Below, one piece after another: positions 15,412-25,020 of a stretch of 37,517 nucleotides of DNA. This DNA comes from a virus. Taxonomy: Duplodnaviria > Caudoviricetes. Position numbers and translations under genes: made by a program. The DNA lies in IMG/VR virus record IMGVR_UViG_3300037043_000397, positions 1 through 37,517 of that record. One strand, given 5' to 3'. Position 1 is the first letter of the stretch. Each line of letters starts with the position of its first letter. The notes under the pieces are model-generated. The model was given only the letters and a program-made list of their open reading frames with translations. It had not been told where the DNA came from and made no database searches.

Positions 15412-17175
15412 ATGAAGGACTACGCCGCGATCGCGACCCAGTACGCGAGGGATGTGCACGAGCTGCGCATCCCCGCGTGCCGTTGGGTGCAGCTGGCCGC
15501 CAAGCGCCACCTGGACGACATGGCCCGCCAGGGCGCAGACGACTTCCCCTACGTCTGGAACCCCGAGCTCGTCGACACCAAGGGCAAGGCCTACCAGCCG
15601 GCCAACCGCGTGTGCGGCTTCGCCGAGCTGATGCCGCACATCAAGGGCGACTGGGCCGGCCGCGGCGAGCTGATCCGGCTGGACCCATGGCAGGTGTTCT
15701 TCCTGGCCAGCGTCTTCGGCTGGATTCACCGCGACACCGGCAAGCGCCGCTTCCAGAAGGCCGACCTGGTGGTGCCGCGCAAGAACGCGAAGAGCACCAT
15801 CGCGGCCATCATCGGCAACTACATGCTGGCCTTCGACGGCGAGCACGGTGCCGAGATCTACAGCGGCGCCACCAGCCGCGACCAGGCGCACGAAGTCTTC
15901 CGCCCCGCGCAGCTGATGGCCAAGGCCAACCACGCCTACCGGGCCGCGTTCGGCGTGATGGTCAACGCCTCCAACCTGGCGGTGCTGGACAGCAACAGCA
16001 AGTTCGAGCCGCTGATCGGCAAGCCCGGCGACGGCGCAAGCCCCAGCTGCGCGATCGTGGACGAGTACCACGAGCACGCCACAAGCGAGCTGTACGACAC
16101 CATGTGGACGGGCATGGGCGCCCGCAGCCAGCCGCTGCTGCTCGTGATCACCACCGCCGGCAGCAACATCGGCGGGCCGTGCTTCACGCACCAGGTCGAG
16201 CTGCAGAAGATCCTCGAGGGCGCCGTGCGCGATGCCGCCACCGAGCGCCGCTTCGGGATCATCTACACCATCGACAAGGGCGACGACTGGACGGCCCCGG
16301 CCACGCTCTACAAGGCCAACCCAGGCCTGGGCATCTCGATCGATGCCGAGAAGCTCATCGCCGACCAGGCCGAGGCCGGGCGAGACCCGCGCAAGCAGCC
16401 CGTCTTCAAGACCAAGCACCTGAACGTGTGGGTCAACGCCGCCAGCCCGTGGCTGACGGTGGAGCAGATCTCCAGCAGCGCCGACCCCAGCCTGAGCGAA
16501 GAAGACTTCCGCGGTGAGAGCTGCTTCGACGGCCTGGACCTGGCCAGCAAGAACGACATCGCCAGCAAGGCCAAGCTCTTTCGCCGGCTGGAGGATGGGC
16601 CGCGCGGGCGCGACTGGCACTACTACCTCTTCACCCGCAACTGGCTGCCTGAGGCGACGGTGCAGCGCCCCGAGAACCAGCACTACCAGGCCTGGGTGGA
16701 GCAGGGCGCCATCGTGCAGACGCCTGGAAACATGATCCAGCTGCGGGCCATTCAAGAATCCGTCGAGGCCGATGCCGCGCTGCACCTGGTGGCCGAGGTG
16801 GCCATGGACGCCTGGGGCTCGCGCGAGATCGCGCCCAACCTTCAGGACGGCGGCTTCGTCGTCGTGGATGTGCCCATGAACACCCGCTACCTGAGCGAGC
16901 CGATGAAGCTGATCGCCGCGCTCATCGACGACGGCCGCTTCCACCACGATGGGAACCCGGCAACCGCCTGGATGTTCAGCAACGTCGAGGTGCAGGAAGA
17001 CCGCAACGAAAACATCTTCCCGCGCAAGGCCAAGCCCGAGCTGAAGATCGACGCCGCCGTGGCCGCCATCCTGGCCATGGGCCGCGCCATGTTGGGCGCC
17101 AAGCCGCCGGTCAAGTCGTTCTGGGAAACGGATGACGCCGCCGGCGTCGAGGCAGAAGCCGAGGCCGCCGCATGA
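15412..17175 (+). CDS. terL: Terminase large subunit
   Basis: VPRKNAKST Walker A, IVDEYHEH Walker B, ITTAG, GLDLAS, KIDAAVA. Confidence 0.96.
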   Translation: MKDYAAIATQYARDVHELRIPACRWVQLAAKRHLDDMARQGADDFPYVWNPELVDTKGKAYQPANRVCGFAELMPHIKGDWAGRGELIRLDPWQVFFLASVFGWIHRDTGKRRFQKADLVVPRKNAKSTIAAIIGNYMLAFDGEHGAEIYSGATSRDQAHEVFRPAQLMAKANHAYRAAFGVMVNASNLAVLDSNSKFEPLIGKPGDGASPSCAIVDEYHEHATSELYDTMWTGMGARSQPLLLVITTAGSNIGGPCFTHQVELQKILEGAVRDAATERRFGIIYTIDKGDDWTAPATLYKANPGLGISIDAEKLIADQAEAGRDPRKQPVFKTKHLNVWVNAASPWLTVEQISSSADPSLSEEDFRGESCFDGLDLASKNDIASKAKLFRRLEDGPRGRDWHYYLFTRNWLPEATVQRPENQHYQAWVEQGAIVQTPGNMIQLRAIQESVEADAALHLVAEVAMDAWGSREIAPNLQDGGFVVVDVPMNTRYLSEPMKLIAALIDDGRFHHDGNPATAWMFSNVEVQEDRNENIFPRKAKPELKIDAAVAAILAMGRAMLGAKPPVKSFWETDDAAGVEAEAEAAA

Positions 17176-18422
17176 AGCTCTGGCCCGACCGTTGGCGCCT
17201 GGCCGCCAAGGCCACCACGCCCATGAGCAGCGCCACCCTGGCGCAGCTGCTCAGCAGCGTGTTCGGCGGTGGTGCCACCAAGAGCGGCGCCACCGTCAAC
17301 GTCGACACCGCCCTGCAGGTGACCGCCGTGCTCTGCTGCGTGCGCGTGCTGGCCGAGGGCGTGGCCCAGGTGCCGTGGCAGGTGATGCGCCAGACCACCA
17401 ACGCCGCCGGCCGCGTGACGCGCCTGCCGGCACTGCAGCACCCGCTGTACCGTCTGCTCTGGCGCAAGCCCAACCGCTGGCAGACCAGCTTTGCCCTGCG
17501 CGAGACCATGATGTACCACGTCGTCCTGTGCGGCCGTGCCTACGCCTTCATCAGCCGCGTGGGCAGCGAACAGCGCATCGCCGAGCTGATCGTCATCCCG
17601 CCAGGCCGTGTGCGCACCGATGTGGCCGACGACGGCACGCTGACTTACCACGTCACCGGCCGCAGTGGCAACGTGCGCGTCCTACGCGAAGCCGACCTGT
17701 GGCACTGGCGCGGCCCAAGCTGGGACGGCATCGAAGGCCTGGAGATGGTGCGCGTCGCGCGCGAGGCCATCGGCCTGGCCGCCGCTGCGGAAGAGTCTCA
17801 AGCCAGGCTGCACGCCAACGGTGTGCGCCCGTCCGGGATCTACAGCGTCGAAGGCGCGCTGGACGAAAAGCAGTACGGGCAGCTCAAGGCCTGGGTGATC
17901 AAGGAATTCGGCGGCGCCACGAACGCCGGCGTGCCGCTGATCCTGGACCGCAACGCCAAGTGGCTGCCCAGCGGCATGACCGGCGTGGACGCCCAGCACC
18001 TGGAGACTCGGCGCGAGCAGGTCAACGAGATCTGCCGCGCCTTCCGCGTGCTGCCCGCCATGGCCATGCAGCAGGAGAAGACCGCCAGCTACGCCAGCGC
18101 CGAGCAGATGGCCATCTGGCACGTGGTGCACAGCCTCATGCCCTGGTACGAGCGCATCGAACAAAGCGCCGATTGCCATCTGCTCACTGACGCCGAGCTC
18201 GACCAGGGCTACTACACGCTGCTGGACGGCAAGGGCCTGCTGCGCGGCGCGCTGAAGGACACCGCGGAGTACCTGTCCAAGCTCAGCGAGCGCGGAATCA
18301 TGGTCCGCAACGAAGCGCGCGAGTACCTGGACCTGAACCCCCTGGACGGCCTGGACGAGCCGCTCACGCCCGCCAACCTGCTTACCAGCGCCGAGAACGA
18401 CCCGGCCGGTGCAGACGCCTGA
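17172..18422 (+). CDS. Portal protein (HK97 family)
   Basis: AV..CVRVLAEGVAQVP, HPLY.LL..KPN.WQT, NG.RPSG, NEARE..DLNP. Confidence 0.95.
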   Translation: MKLWPDRWRLAAKATTPMSSATLAQLLSSVFGGGATKSGATVNVDTALQVTAVLCCVRVLAEGVAQVPWQVMRQTTNAAGRVTRLPALQHPLYRLLWRKPNRWQTSFALRETMMYHVVLCGRAYAFISRVGSEQRIAELIVIPPGRVRTDVADDGTLTYHVTGRSGNVRVLREADLWHWRGPSWDGIEGLEMVRVAREAIGLAAAAEESQARLHANGVRPSGIYSVEGALDEKQYGQLKAWVIKEFGGATNAGVPLILDRNAKWLPSGMTGVDAQHLETRREQVNEICRAFRVLPAMAMQQEKTASYASAEQMAIWHVVHSLMPWYERIEQSADCHLLTDAELDQGYYTLLDGKGLLRGALKDTAEYLSKLSERGIMVRNEAREYLDLNPLDGLDEPLTPANLLTSAENDPAGADA

Positions 18423-18440
18423 ACCGCAAGGACACACCCC

Positions 18441-19097
18441 ATGGAACTCAAGTACATCGAGCGCCCCTTCGAGGTGAAAGCCGTCGAGGAAGATGGCACC
18501 TACACCGGGTACGGCAGTGTTTTCGGCAACGTGGACAGCTACGACGAGATCGTGGCGCCCGGCGCCTTCACTGAGAGCCTGGCCGCCTGGAAGGCCAGCG
18601 GCAACCTGCCGCCCGTGCTGTGGCAACACCGCAGCGGCGAGCCCGTCGGCCCGCACCTGGAGATGAGCGAAGACACGCACGGCCTCTTCCTGAAGGGCCA
18701 GCTGCTGGTGGCCGACGTGCAGCGCGCCCGCGAGGCCCGCGCCCTGATGAAGGCCAAGGCCGTGAACGGCCTGAGCATTGGCTTCGTGCCGCGGGAAGAC
18801 AGCTACGACCGCGTCACCGGCATCCGCACGCTCAAGAAAGTCGACTTGTGGGAGGTGTCCATCGTCACCTTCCCCGCCAACCCCCAGGCGCAGATTGCGA
18901 ACGTCAAGTCCGCCATCGACGCGCTGGCAGACCTGGACGCCCTGGAACGCTACCTGTGTGAGGCAGGTGGCTTCAGTCGCGCCCAAAGCAAGGCCGTCCT
19001 GCACCGCATCAAGCACCTCTCCGCTCAGCGCCAGGCTGAGTCGGATCTGGAGCTGCGTGCCGCGCTGGAGCGCCTGCAACAGACCCTGACCACCTGA
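18441..19097 (+). CDS. Prohead maturation protease (HK97 family)
   Basis: GYGSVFGNVDSY, LWQH, GLSIGF, LWEVSIVTFPAN. Confidence 0.95.
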   Translation: MELKYIERPFEVKAVEEDGTYTGYGSVFGNVDSYDEIVAPGAFTESLAAWKASGNLPPVLWQHRSGEPVGPHLEMSEDTHGLFLKGQLLVADVQRAREARALMKAKAVNGLSIGFVPREDSYDRVTGIRTLKKVDLWEVSIVTFPANPQAQIANVKSAIDALADLDALERYLCEAGGFSRAQSKAVLHRIKHLSAQRQAESDLELRAALERLQQTLTT

Positions 19098-19128
19098 ACC
19101 ACCCCACCTGACACAAGGACACACCACC

Positions 19129-20514
19129 ATGAACCGTTCCACTCACTTCCTGGCCGCGATCGCGGCTCTCGCCATCGGCGCGGTGGCCATCGCCGCCGGC
19201 CTGGCCGACCCCTACCTGGCACTCGTCGGCCTGCAGCCGATGGACCTGCTGCCCGGCCTCATCCTCGCCAACGCCGTCGGCGGCCTGGAGCTCAAGACCC
19301 TGGTCGAAGCCGTGCAAAAGGGCTTCGAGGACTTCAAGAAAGTCAACGACGAGCGCCTGGCCCGCCTGGAGAAAGGCGGCGCCACCGGCGACATCGATGC
19401 CAAGCTCGCCCAGGTGCAGGCCGACATAGCCAAGGCGCTGGACCTGAAGAAGGAGATCGATCGCGTCGAAGCCAAGGCCAACCTGCAGGGCCTGCTGGGC
19501 AAGGGCGACGAAGGCAACGCCGACAAGAAGGCCTACAAGGAGGCGTTCATCAACCGCTTCGTGCGCAAGGGCGAAGACAGCGCCGAGCTCAAGGGCCTGA
19601 TGCAGAAGGCCTGGAGCATCGGCACCCCGGCCGATGGCGGCTACGCCATGCCCGAGGAGATCGACCGCGCCATCGAGAAGCTGCTGCGCGACATCAGCCC
19701 CATGCGCAGCGTGTCCAACATCGTGCGCGTCGGCACCAGCGACTACAAGAAGCTCGTCAACGTCAACGGCATCGCCAGCGGCTGGGTGGGTGAAACCGCC
19801 GCCCGCCCCGCCACCAACACCAGCCAGCTGGCCGAGGTGGCGCCGCCCATGGGCGAGGTGTACGCCAACCCGCAGGTGACGCAGCAGGCACTGGACGACG
19901 TGTTCTTCGATGCCGAAGCGGAGCTGATGGACCAGCTGATGGAAGAGCTGGCCGTGGCCGAAGGCGCCGCCTTCACCAGCGGCAACGGCACCAACAAGCC
20001 CAAGGGTTTCCTGGACTACACCACGGCGGCCACGGCCGACAGCAGCCGCGCGTTCGGCACGCTGGAGCACATCGCCACCGGCGTCTCGGCCGACTTCGCG
20101 GCCAGCAACAAGGCCGACGCCTTGTTCTCGGTGGTCGGCGCGCTCAAGAAGGGCTACCGCGCCGGTGCCCTGTGGCAGATGAACAAGGGCCTGCTCTTCG
20201 AGGTGATGCGCATCAAGGACACCACCGGCCAGTACCTGTGGCAGCCATCCATCCAGGACAGCGGCCTGGGCATCAAGCTGCTGGGCTTCAACGTCGAAGA
20301 GAACGAGGACATGCCCGCCAAGGCCGCCAACAGCCTGAGCATCGCCTTCGGCAACTTCAAGCGCGGTTACACCATCGTGGACCGCATGGGCATGCGCATG
20401 CTGCGCGACCCGTACACCAACAAGCCCTACGTGGGCTTCTACACCACCAAGCGCGTGGGCGGCGCCGTGGTCAACAGCCAGGCCATCAAGCTGCTGAAGT
20501 TCAGCGCGGCCTGA
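19129..20514 (+). CDS. Major capsid protein (HK97 fold)
   Basis: DGGYAMPEE, WVGE, G.GTNKPKG, FGNFKRGYTIVDR, RDPYT.KPYV.FY..KRVGG. Confidence 0.96.
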   Translation: MNRSTHFLAAIAALAIGAVAIAAGLADPYLALVGLQPMDLLPGLILANAVGGLELKTLVEAVQKGFEDFKKVNDERLARLEKGGATGDIDAKLAQVQADIAKALDLKKEIDRVEAKANLQGLLGKGDEGNADKKAYKEAFINRFVRKGEDSAELKGLMQKAWSIGTPADGGYAMPEEIDRAIEKLLRDISPMRSVSNIVRVGTSDYKKLVNVNGIASGWVGETAARPATNTSQLAEVAPPMGEVYANPQVTQQALDDVFFDAEAELMDQLMEELAVAEGAAFTSGNGTNKPKGFLDYTTAATADSSRAFGTLEHIATGVSADFAASNKADALFSVVGALKKGYRAGALWQMNKGLLFEVMRIKDTTGQYLWQPSIQDSGLGIKLLGFNVEENEDMPAKAANSLSIAFGNFKRGYTIVDRMGMRMLRDPYTNKPYVGFYTTKRVGGAVVNSQAIKLLKFSAA

Positions 20515-20533
20515 TCAACCACCGGGCCCGCCA

Positions 20534-20570
20534 CCACCGGGGCGCAGGCGTCTGCACTGCGCCCCGGTGG
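20534..20570 (+). other. Strong hairpin after the capsid gene (attenuator or mRNA stabiliser)
   Basis: Perfect 14-bp stem CCACCGGGGCGCAG/CTGCGCCCCGGTGG with a 9-nt loop and no U-tract. Confidence 0.55.
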
Positions 20571-20594
20571 GCCGCCCCAGCACGCGAGGAAAGC

Positions 20595-20840
20595 ATGCCC
20601 GAGATCATCGTCACCAAGCCCTTCAAGTTCGCCCACGGCGGCCACCGGGTCGAAGAGTTCGAACCCGGCAAGAAGCCCGTGGAGACCACCGAAGAGGTGG
20701 CCCAGCTCGCCCTGGCCGAAGGCTGGGCCAGGAAGGCCCACCGGGCCGCCCCGAGGAACAAGGACGCCGCTGGCCAGCGTGACACCAAGGGTGACGAAGC
20801 CGGCACCGGCAATGAATCCGCCGACCAGGCCCGGGCCTGA
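20595..20840 (+). CDS. Small hypothetical protein following the capsid gene
   Basis: GAGGA SD; V.KPFKFA..G...A.LALAEGWA. Confidence 0.7.
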   Translation: MPEIIVTKPFKFAHGGHRVEEFEPGKKPVETTEEVAQLALAEGWARKAHRAAPRNKDAAGQRDTKGDEAGTGNESADQARA

Positions 20841-20866
20841 GCCAGGCTACCCTCGAGGACACCACC

Positions 20867-21217
20867 ATGCCCCAATCTCTCAAGTACATCGGCACCGTTG
20901 AGCCCTTCTTTGAGACGCCCGTCACCGGCCGCGCTACTTCTTGGCGGCGCGGGCAGATTCAGGAGGCCTCAAGCGATGTTGCGGCTGCTCAGCTCTTGGC
21001 CACCGGTCTCTTCCAATGGTCGCAAGCCGAGGTGTCCCACTTTGCCCCCGTTCTCTCTTCGCAGCTTGCCATCCTGCAGGGCGCGATCGGTGAGTCTCGG
21101 CAAATCGCCGATGGGCCGGACGCTGGCGCGCGAGTGGTCTGGTCCGTCCCACAAGGCGCCACAGCCCCCACGTGGTGCTGGTGGCTTTGGCCCCAATCTG
21201 CTTACGAAGGATCTTGA
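20867..21217 (+). CDS. Hypothetical protein (116 aa)
   Basis: GAGGA SD; first gene of the block with atypical codon usage. Confidence 0.65.
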   Translation: MPQSLKYIGTVEPFFETPVTGRATSWRRGQIQEASSDVAAAQLLATGLFQWSQAEVSHFAPVLSSQLAILQGAIGESRQIADGPDAGARVVWSVPQGATAPTWCWWLWPQSAYEGS

Positions 21218-21220
21218 ATC

Positions 21221-21700
21221 ATGAGTGGAATGCCTGTAGTTCCCGGCGTGAACCCGCGTGCCGCTGCCGTCGCGCTGCGCAGCGGCGTACTCACTGCCGA
21301 GATTGCCCTCAACGGGGACCTGACCACAGCCACCGATCAGCCGATCATCGGTCTGCGCATCATTGCCGACCCTGGCGATGACGTAACGGCAGCCAATGCG
21401 CTGCTCACAGGTGCCGGTTGCAAGGTCTTACTGCCCGGCGACTGTCTCACGCTGGAGTTGAGCGCCGGCATCGTGGCGCTGTACATGGTCGGCATTGGGC
21501 GCGCTGCGCTGCCGGCCGACTACACCGGTGGCTCCGGCGTTGTCAGCATCGCGGAGACCGATGTGGCCGATGTCTACGCGCAGATGATCCGCCTGGACTT
21601 CAACAGCCTGGATGACGTGCGCAGCGTGACGCTCAGCCTGTCTGTCTGGGGCAGCGAGCTTGTCGGGCGCGTGTTCTTGGAGGCCAACAGCCATGCGTAA
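21221..21700 (+). CDS. Hypothetical protein (159 aa)
   Basis: Tightly packed co-oriented ORF with AAGGA SD. Confidence 0.65.
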   Translation: MSGMPVVPGVNPRAAAVALRSGVLTAEIALNGDLTTATDQPIIGLRIIADPGDDVTAANALLTGAGCKVLLPGDCLTLELSAGIVALYMVGIGRAALPADYTGGSGVVSIAETDVADVYAQMIRLDFNSLDDVRSVTLSLSVWGSELVGRVFLEANSHA

Positions 21701-22739
21701 CTCCAGACTGTCTGGCGCCAAACAAGTGCGCCCTCTCATCGCATCAGCCGCCGAACTGCCGGTGCTGTGGCGAATGCACCAAGCCGACAACACCGCTCGC
21801 AACTTCGCGGGGTCGAATCCAGTTTCCCCAGGTTATCCGACCGTCGTGACGTTGGGCAGTACGCCGACCTTGATGGCCGGGTCGTTTGTGACCGTCAGCG
21901 GCGTCGTCGGCATGACCCAGCTGAACGGCACCTGGCGCTGCCTGTGGATCAGCGGAAACGCGGTTGCGCTGGATGTCGATAGCGGCGCCTTTGCTGCCTA
22001 CGGCAGCGGCGGAACTGTTACCCCCACGATCCTGCAGGACGAATTCGGCGTGGTGCCGGCGTTGCCGATCCAGGGCACCGTGACTGGCGTTTGGAGCAAC
22101 CCGGTTTTCGGCTTGACCTCGCACGCCAGCGGCACGAACAGTCTGCGCGTGACCGAAGGACTCAGTGCCTTCGATCTCTCTGCGCACACCGGCATGCTGT
22201 TGGTGTCGGTCGATGCGTGGAAGTCTGGCAACCCCAGCGCGAAAGAGCACATTCTGCAGGTGGGCCGCATCCTGCCATCAGGCACGAACACGGCTTGCGG
22301 GGCGGTAACGCTGTCCCTGGCCACCGATGGCCAGATCGAGTTCATCGTGCGCCCTGCTGCCGCAACGGACGCCGCAGCATCGAACACGCAGATCGTGTCC
22401 GGAGCGCTCACGAATAGCGTGCGCTCGAAAGTGGCGCTGCTGCTGGACTGCACGGACCCCGCCGCTCCGGAGGCGCACCTCATCCGTGACGGTGTGCTGA
22501 CGCGCTCGTCGGTGATCACGATGACCGCAGCCATCAGCCTGCCCACGGTGGCAGCGGGCATGTGCATCGGCGCGCAGATCGGGAGCACTTTCACGCTGTC
22601 TGGCCTGCTGGGCGCCGGTGGCAGTGGCGCGTGCGTGGAGAACCTGCTCTGGTGGAAAACGAGCAAGAGTTTCACCACGGTTCTCCGCGCGGCGCAGGAG
22701 TGGCACCGCACCGGCCGGCTCTCGCCGCTCATGGCCTGA
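21693..22739 (+). CDS. Putative virion decoration protein (FCCH-like N-domain, beta-rich lectin-like C-domain)
   Basis: PTVVT...GSFVTVSGVVGMTQLNG FCCH-like motif; Gly/Ser/Thr-rich beta pattern; GGAGG SD. Confidence 0.55.
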   Translation: MRNSRLSGAKQVRPLIASAAELPVLWRMHQADNTARNFAGSNPVSPGYPTVVTLGSTPTLMAGSFVTVSGVVGMTQLNGTWRCLWISGNAVALDVDSGAFAAYGSGGTVTPTILQDEFGVVPALPIQGTVTGVWSNPVFGLTSHASGTNSLRVTEGLSAFDLSAHTGMLLVSVDAWKSGNPSAKEHILQVGRILPSGTNTACGAVTLSLATDGQIEFIVRPAAATDAAASNTQIVSGALTNSVRSKVALLLDCTDPAAPEAHLIRDGVLTRSSVITMTAAISLPTVAAGMCIGAQIGSTFTLSGLLGAGGSGACVENLLWWKTSKSFTTVLRAAQEWHRTGRLSPLMA

Positions 22740-22742
22740 GCC

Positions 22743-24086
22743 ATGGCCAACGTCAACCAGCTCGCGCTGCACCACGCCACGCAGACGGCTGCCGTGGTGT
22801 GGCTGCGCTCGACCTCCAGCGGCGTCCTAACAGTGCAGTGCAACGGGCAGACGTTCACGGGCGACACCATCGACACTGCGGTGGATGATGGCTGTGGAGT
22901 TTGCACGGTCACCGGCTTGGCTGCTGGGACGTCATACCACTACACCGCGTCAGTCGGTGGCGCGGTTGTTGGAAGCGGCACGATCAAGACCCTGCCGGCC
23001 AGCGGTGCAACGCTTGCCATCGGCTTTGGCACTTGCTGCGGCTACACGCGCGATCAAGTGCCGCTGCGCGCATTGGCAGAGCACGCGCCAGACCTCGCGG
23101 GCTTCTGCTGGCTGGGGGACAACATCTACGCCAACGAGCCAGTGTCTGGCGCGACCGCAACCCTGAATGGCGAGACGATCCTGGGCGTCGAGCGCGATGG
23201 TCCGCTGGTCGAAGCGACGACGCTGGCGCAGCTCTACAAGCACTATCGCGCCTACTGGCAGTACCCGTGCACCGCGCGGATGCTCAAGAGCGTGCCCAAC
23301 TGGTTCATCGGTGACGACCACGACCACGGCCCCGGCAACAACTGGGATGGGACACTCACCGCCGCTAATGAGACTTTCACGTGGGCCAGCACCCAGCAGC
23401 AGGTGGACAACATGGGCGCGTGGTGCCGCGCAGCGATGCGGGCGTACTACAAAGGCAACCCCAACGTCGGCAACCCGTGGTACTTCAGCGTTCGGGTGAA
23501 CGACGACCTGGAACTGTTCTTCGTCGATGGCGTGGCTTACCGTGACGCATCCGATGGCAGCGGAACCACGCTGCTGGGCAGCACGCAGAAGGCGTGGCTC
23601 AAGGCTGGCATTCAGAACAGCACCGCCACGTTCAAGGGCGTGATGTGCGGCAAGAACCTCTACGGCGGCGCCGACGACTACAGCAAGTACGCGGCCGAGC
23701 GCGCCGAGATGGAAGACTTCTTCGAGACCTCGGCCTCCTGGGCGAAGCCCGGTGGTGCGATCTGGTGCTCAGGTGACATCCACTACCCTTTCATGAGCGG
23801 CGAGCCCAACGCGCCCATCTTCAACATCTGCGCCAGCCCGCTTGGCACCGGCCACGCTGCGACGGTGGCCAACGGCTTCCAGAACAAGCAACGGTGGAAG
23901 GTCAGCGGCCACGTGAGTTCTGGCGTCGGCGCTGTGGCCGTGCCGCCCGCCGTTGGCTACTTGCGAGTGCACGGTGCGACTCGGATGGATGTCGGTCTGA
24001 TGCGGATTGACGGAGCACTGCTGTGGTCTGGGTATCTGCTGCCTGGGTCGAACGCGATGCGGTACGACGCGCCAAGGGTTGGGTGA
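22743..24086 (+). CDS. PhoD-like metallophosphoesterase
   Basis: Fn3-like N-domain (V.GL..GT.Y.Y), FGTC, LGDNIYA, DDHD, TLLG..Q.AWL, SGDIH. Confidence 0.82.
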   Translation: MANVNQLALHHATQTAAVVWLRSTSSGVLTVQCNGQTFTGDTIDTAVDDGCGVCTVTGLAAGTSYHYTASVGGAVVGSGTIKTLPASGATLAIGFGTCCGYTRDQVPLRALAEHAPDLAGFCWLGDNIYANEPVSGATATLNGETILGVERDGPLVEATTLAQLYKHYRAYWQYPCTARMLKSVPNWFIGDDHDHGPGNNWDGTLTAANETFTWASTQQQVDNMGAWCRAAMRAYYKGNPNVGNPWYFSVRVNDDLELFFVDGVAYRDASDGSGTTLLGSTQKAWLKAGIQNSTATFKGVMCGKNLYGGADDYSKYAAERAEMEDFFETSASWAKPGGAIWCSGDIHYPFMSGEPNAPIFNICASPLGTGHAATVANGFQNKQRWKVSGHVSSGVGAVAVPPAVGYLRVHGATRMDVGLMRIDGALLWSGYLLPGSNAMRYDAPRVG

Positions 24087-24089
24087 GTG

Positions 24090-24653
24090 ATGCAATCCCA
24101 CCTCCTGACCCCCCCCACCGCCGAGCCCGTCAGCGTCTCCGACGCCAAGCTGGCCGCGCGCCTGGACGGCAGCCACTGGGACGCCATCGTCGCCAGCGCG
24201 ATCGCCGCCGCGCGCCAGGTGGCCGAGCACCAGACCGGCCGTCAGTTCATGCAGCAGATCTGGCGCGTCGAGCTCGAGGACTGGCCTGCTGCCGACCAGG
24301 TGCTGCGCTTCTACCGCCCCACCGCCGTGGCGGTCAGCTACTGGGACGGTGCCGCATTCGTCGCCCTCAGCGCGTCCGGCTTCGCCTGGGCCGCGCAAGA
24401 CCCCGGCATCGTGCTGGCGCCTGCACTTGGCACCAGCTGGCCCACGCTGGGCGAGGTGGCGGTCGGCCACCGGGTGTGGGTGGACGTCACCGTGGGTGCC
24501 ACAGACCCCACCGCCGTGCCGCCCGCGGCCGCGTCGTTCGTCAAGGCCATGGTGGCCGTGATGGCCAGTGACCCGTCCCTCACCGCCATGGATGCCCTGG
24601 CCAGCTCGGCCTACCTGCCGCGCATGCTGGACCCGATCCGCTTGTATGGCTGA
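24090..24653 (+). CDS. Head-tail connector protein
   Basis: PPTAEPVSV.DAK...R.D, IAAARQVAEHQTGR, VP......; start at 24087 or 24090. Confidence 0.85.
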   Translation: MQSHLLTPPTAEPVSVSDAKLAARLDGSHWDAIVASAIAAARQVAEHQTGRQFMQQIWRVELEDWPAADQVLRFYRPTAVAVSYWDGAAFVALSASGFAWAAQDPGIVLAPALGTSWPTLGEVAVGHRVWVDVTVGATDPTAVPPAAASFVKAMVAVMASDPSLTAMDALASSAYLPRMLDPIRLYG

Positions 24654-24675
24654 CAACTACGGCTGACAACGCGCC

Positions 24676-25020
24676 ATGAAGACCATGCACCCTGGCGAGC
24701 TCAACCAGCGCATCACCTTCCAGGCCCGCGCGGCCGGGCAGGATTTGATGGGTCAACCCAACGGCGCCTGGGCCAACGTGGCCACCGACCCCGAGGTCTG
24801 GGCCAAGAGCGCCAACGTCAGCAGCCGCGACATCGCCGCCGCCGGCGCGCACCAAAGCAGCCTGGACGCCAAGTTCATCATCCGCTGGCGGGCCGATGTG
24901 CTGGCTACCTGGCGCGTGCTGTGGCGCGGCCAGGCCTTCAAGATCGTGGGTGAACCGGCGGCCCTGTCTGGCGGCACAGAGTGGCTGGAGATCCGCTGCG
25001 TGAGGATGATCTCCGCATGA
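24676..25020 (+). CDS. Head closure protein / head-tail adaptor (SPP1 gp16-like)
   Basis: GELNQRITFQ, VWA, IRWR.DV...WRV.W.G..F.I. Confidence 0.88.
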   Translation: MKTMHPGELNQRITFQARAAGQDLMGQPNGAWANVATDPEVWAKSANVSSRDIAAAGAHQSSLDAKFIIRWRADVLATWRVLWRGQAFKIVGEPAALSGGTEWLEIRCVRMISA

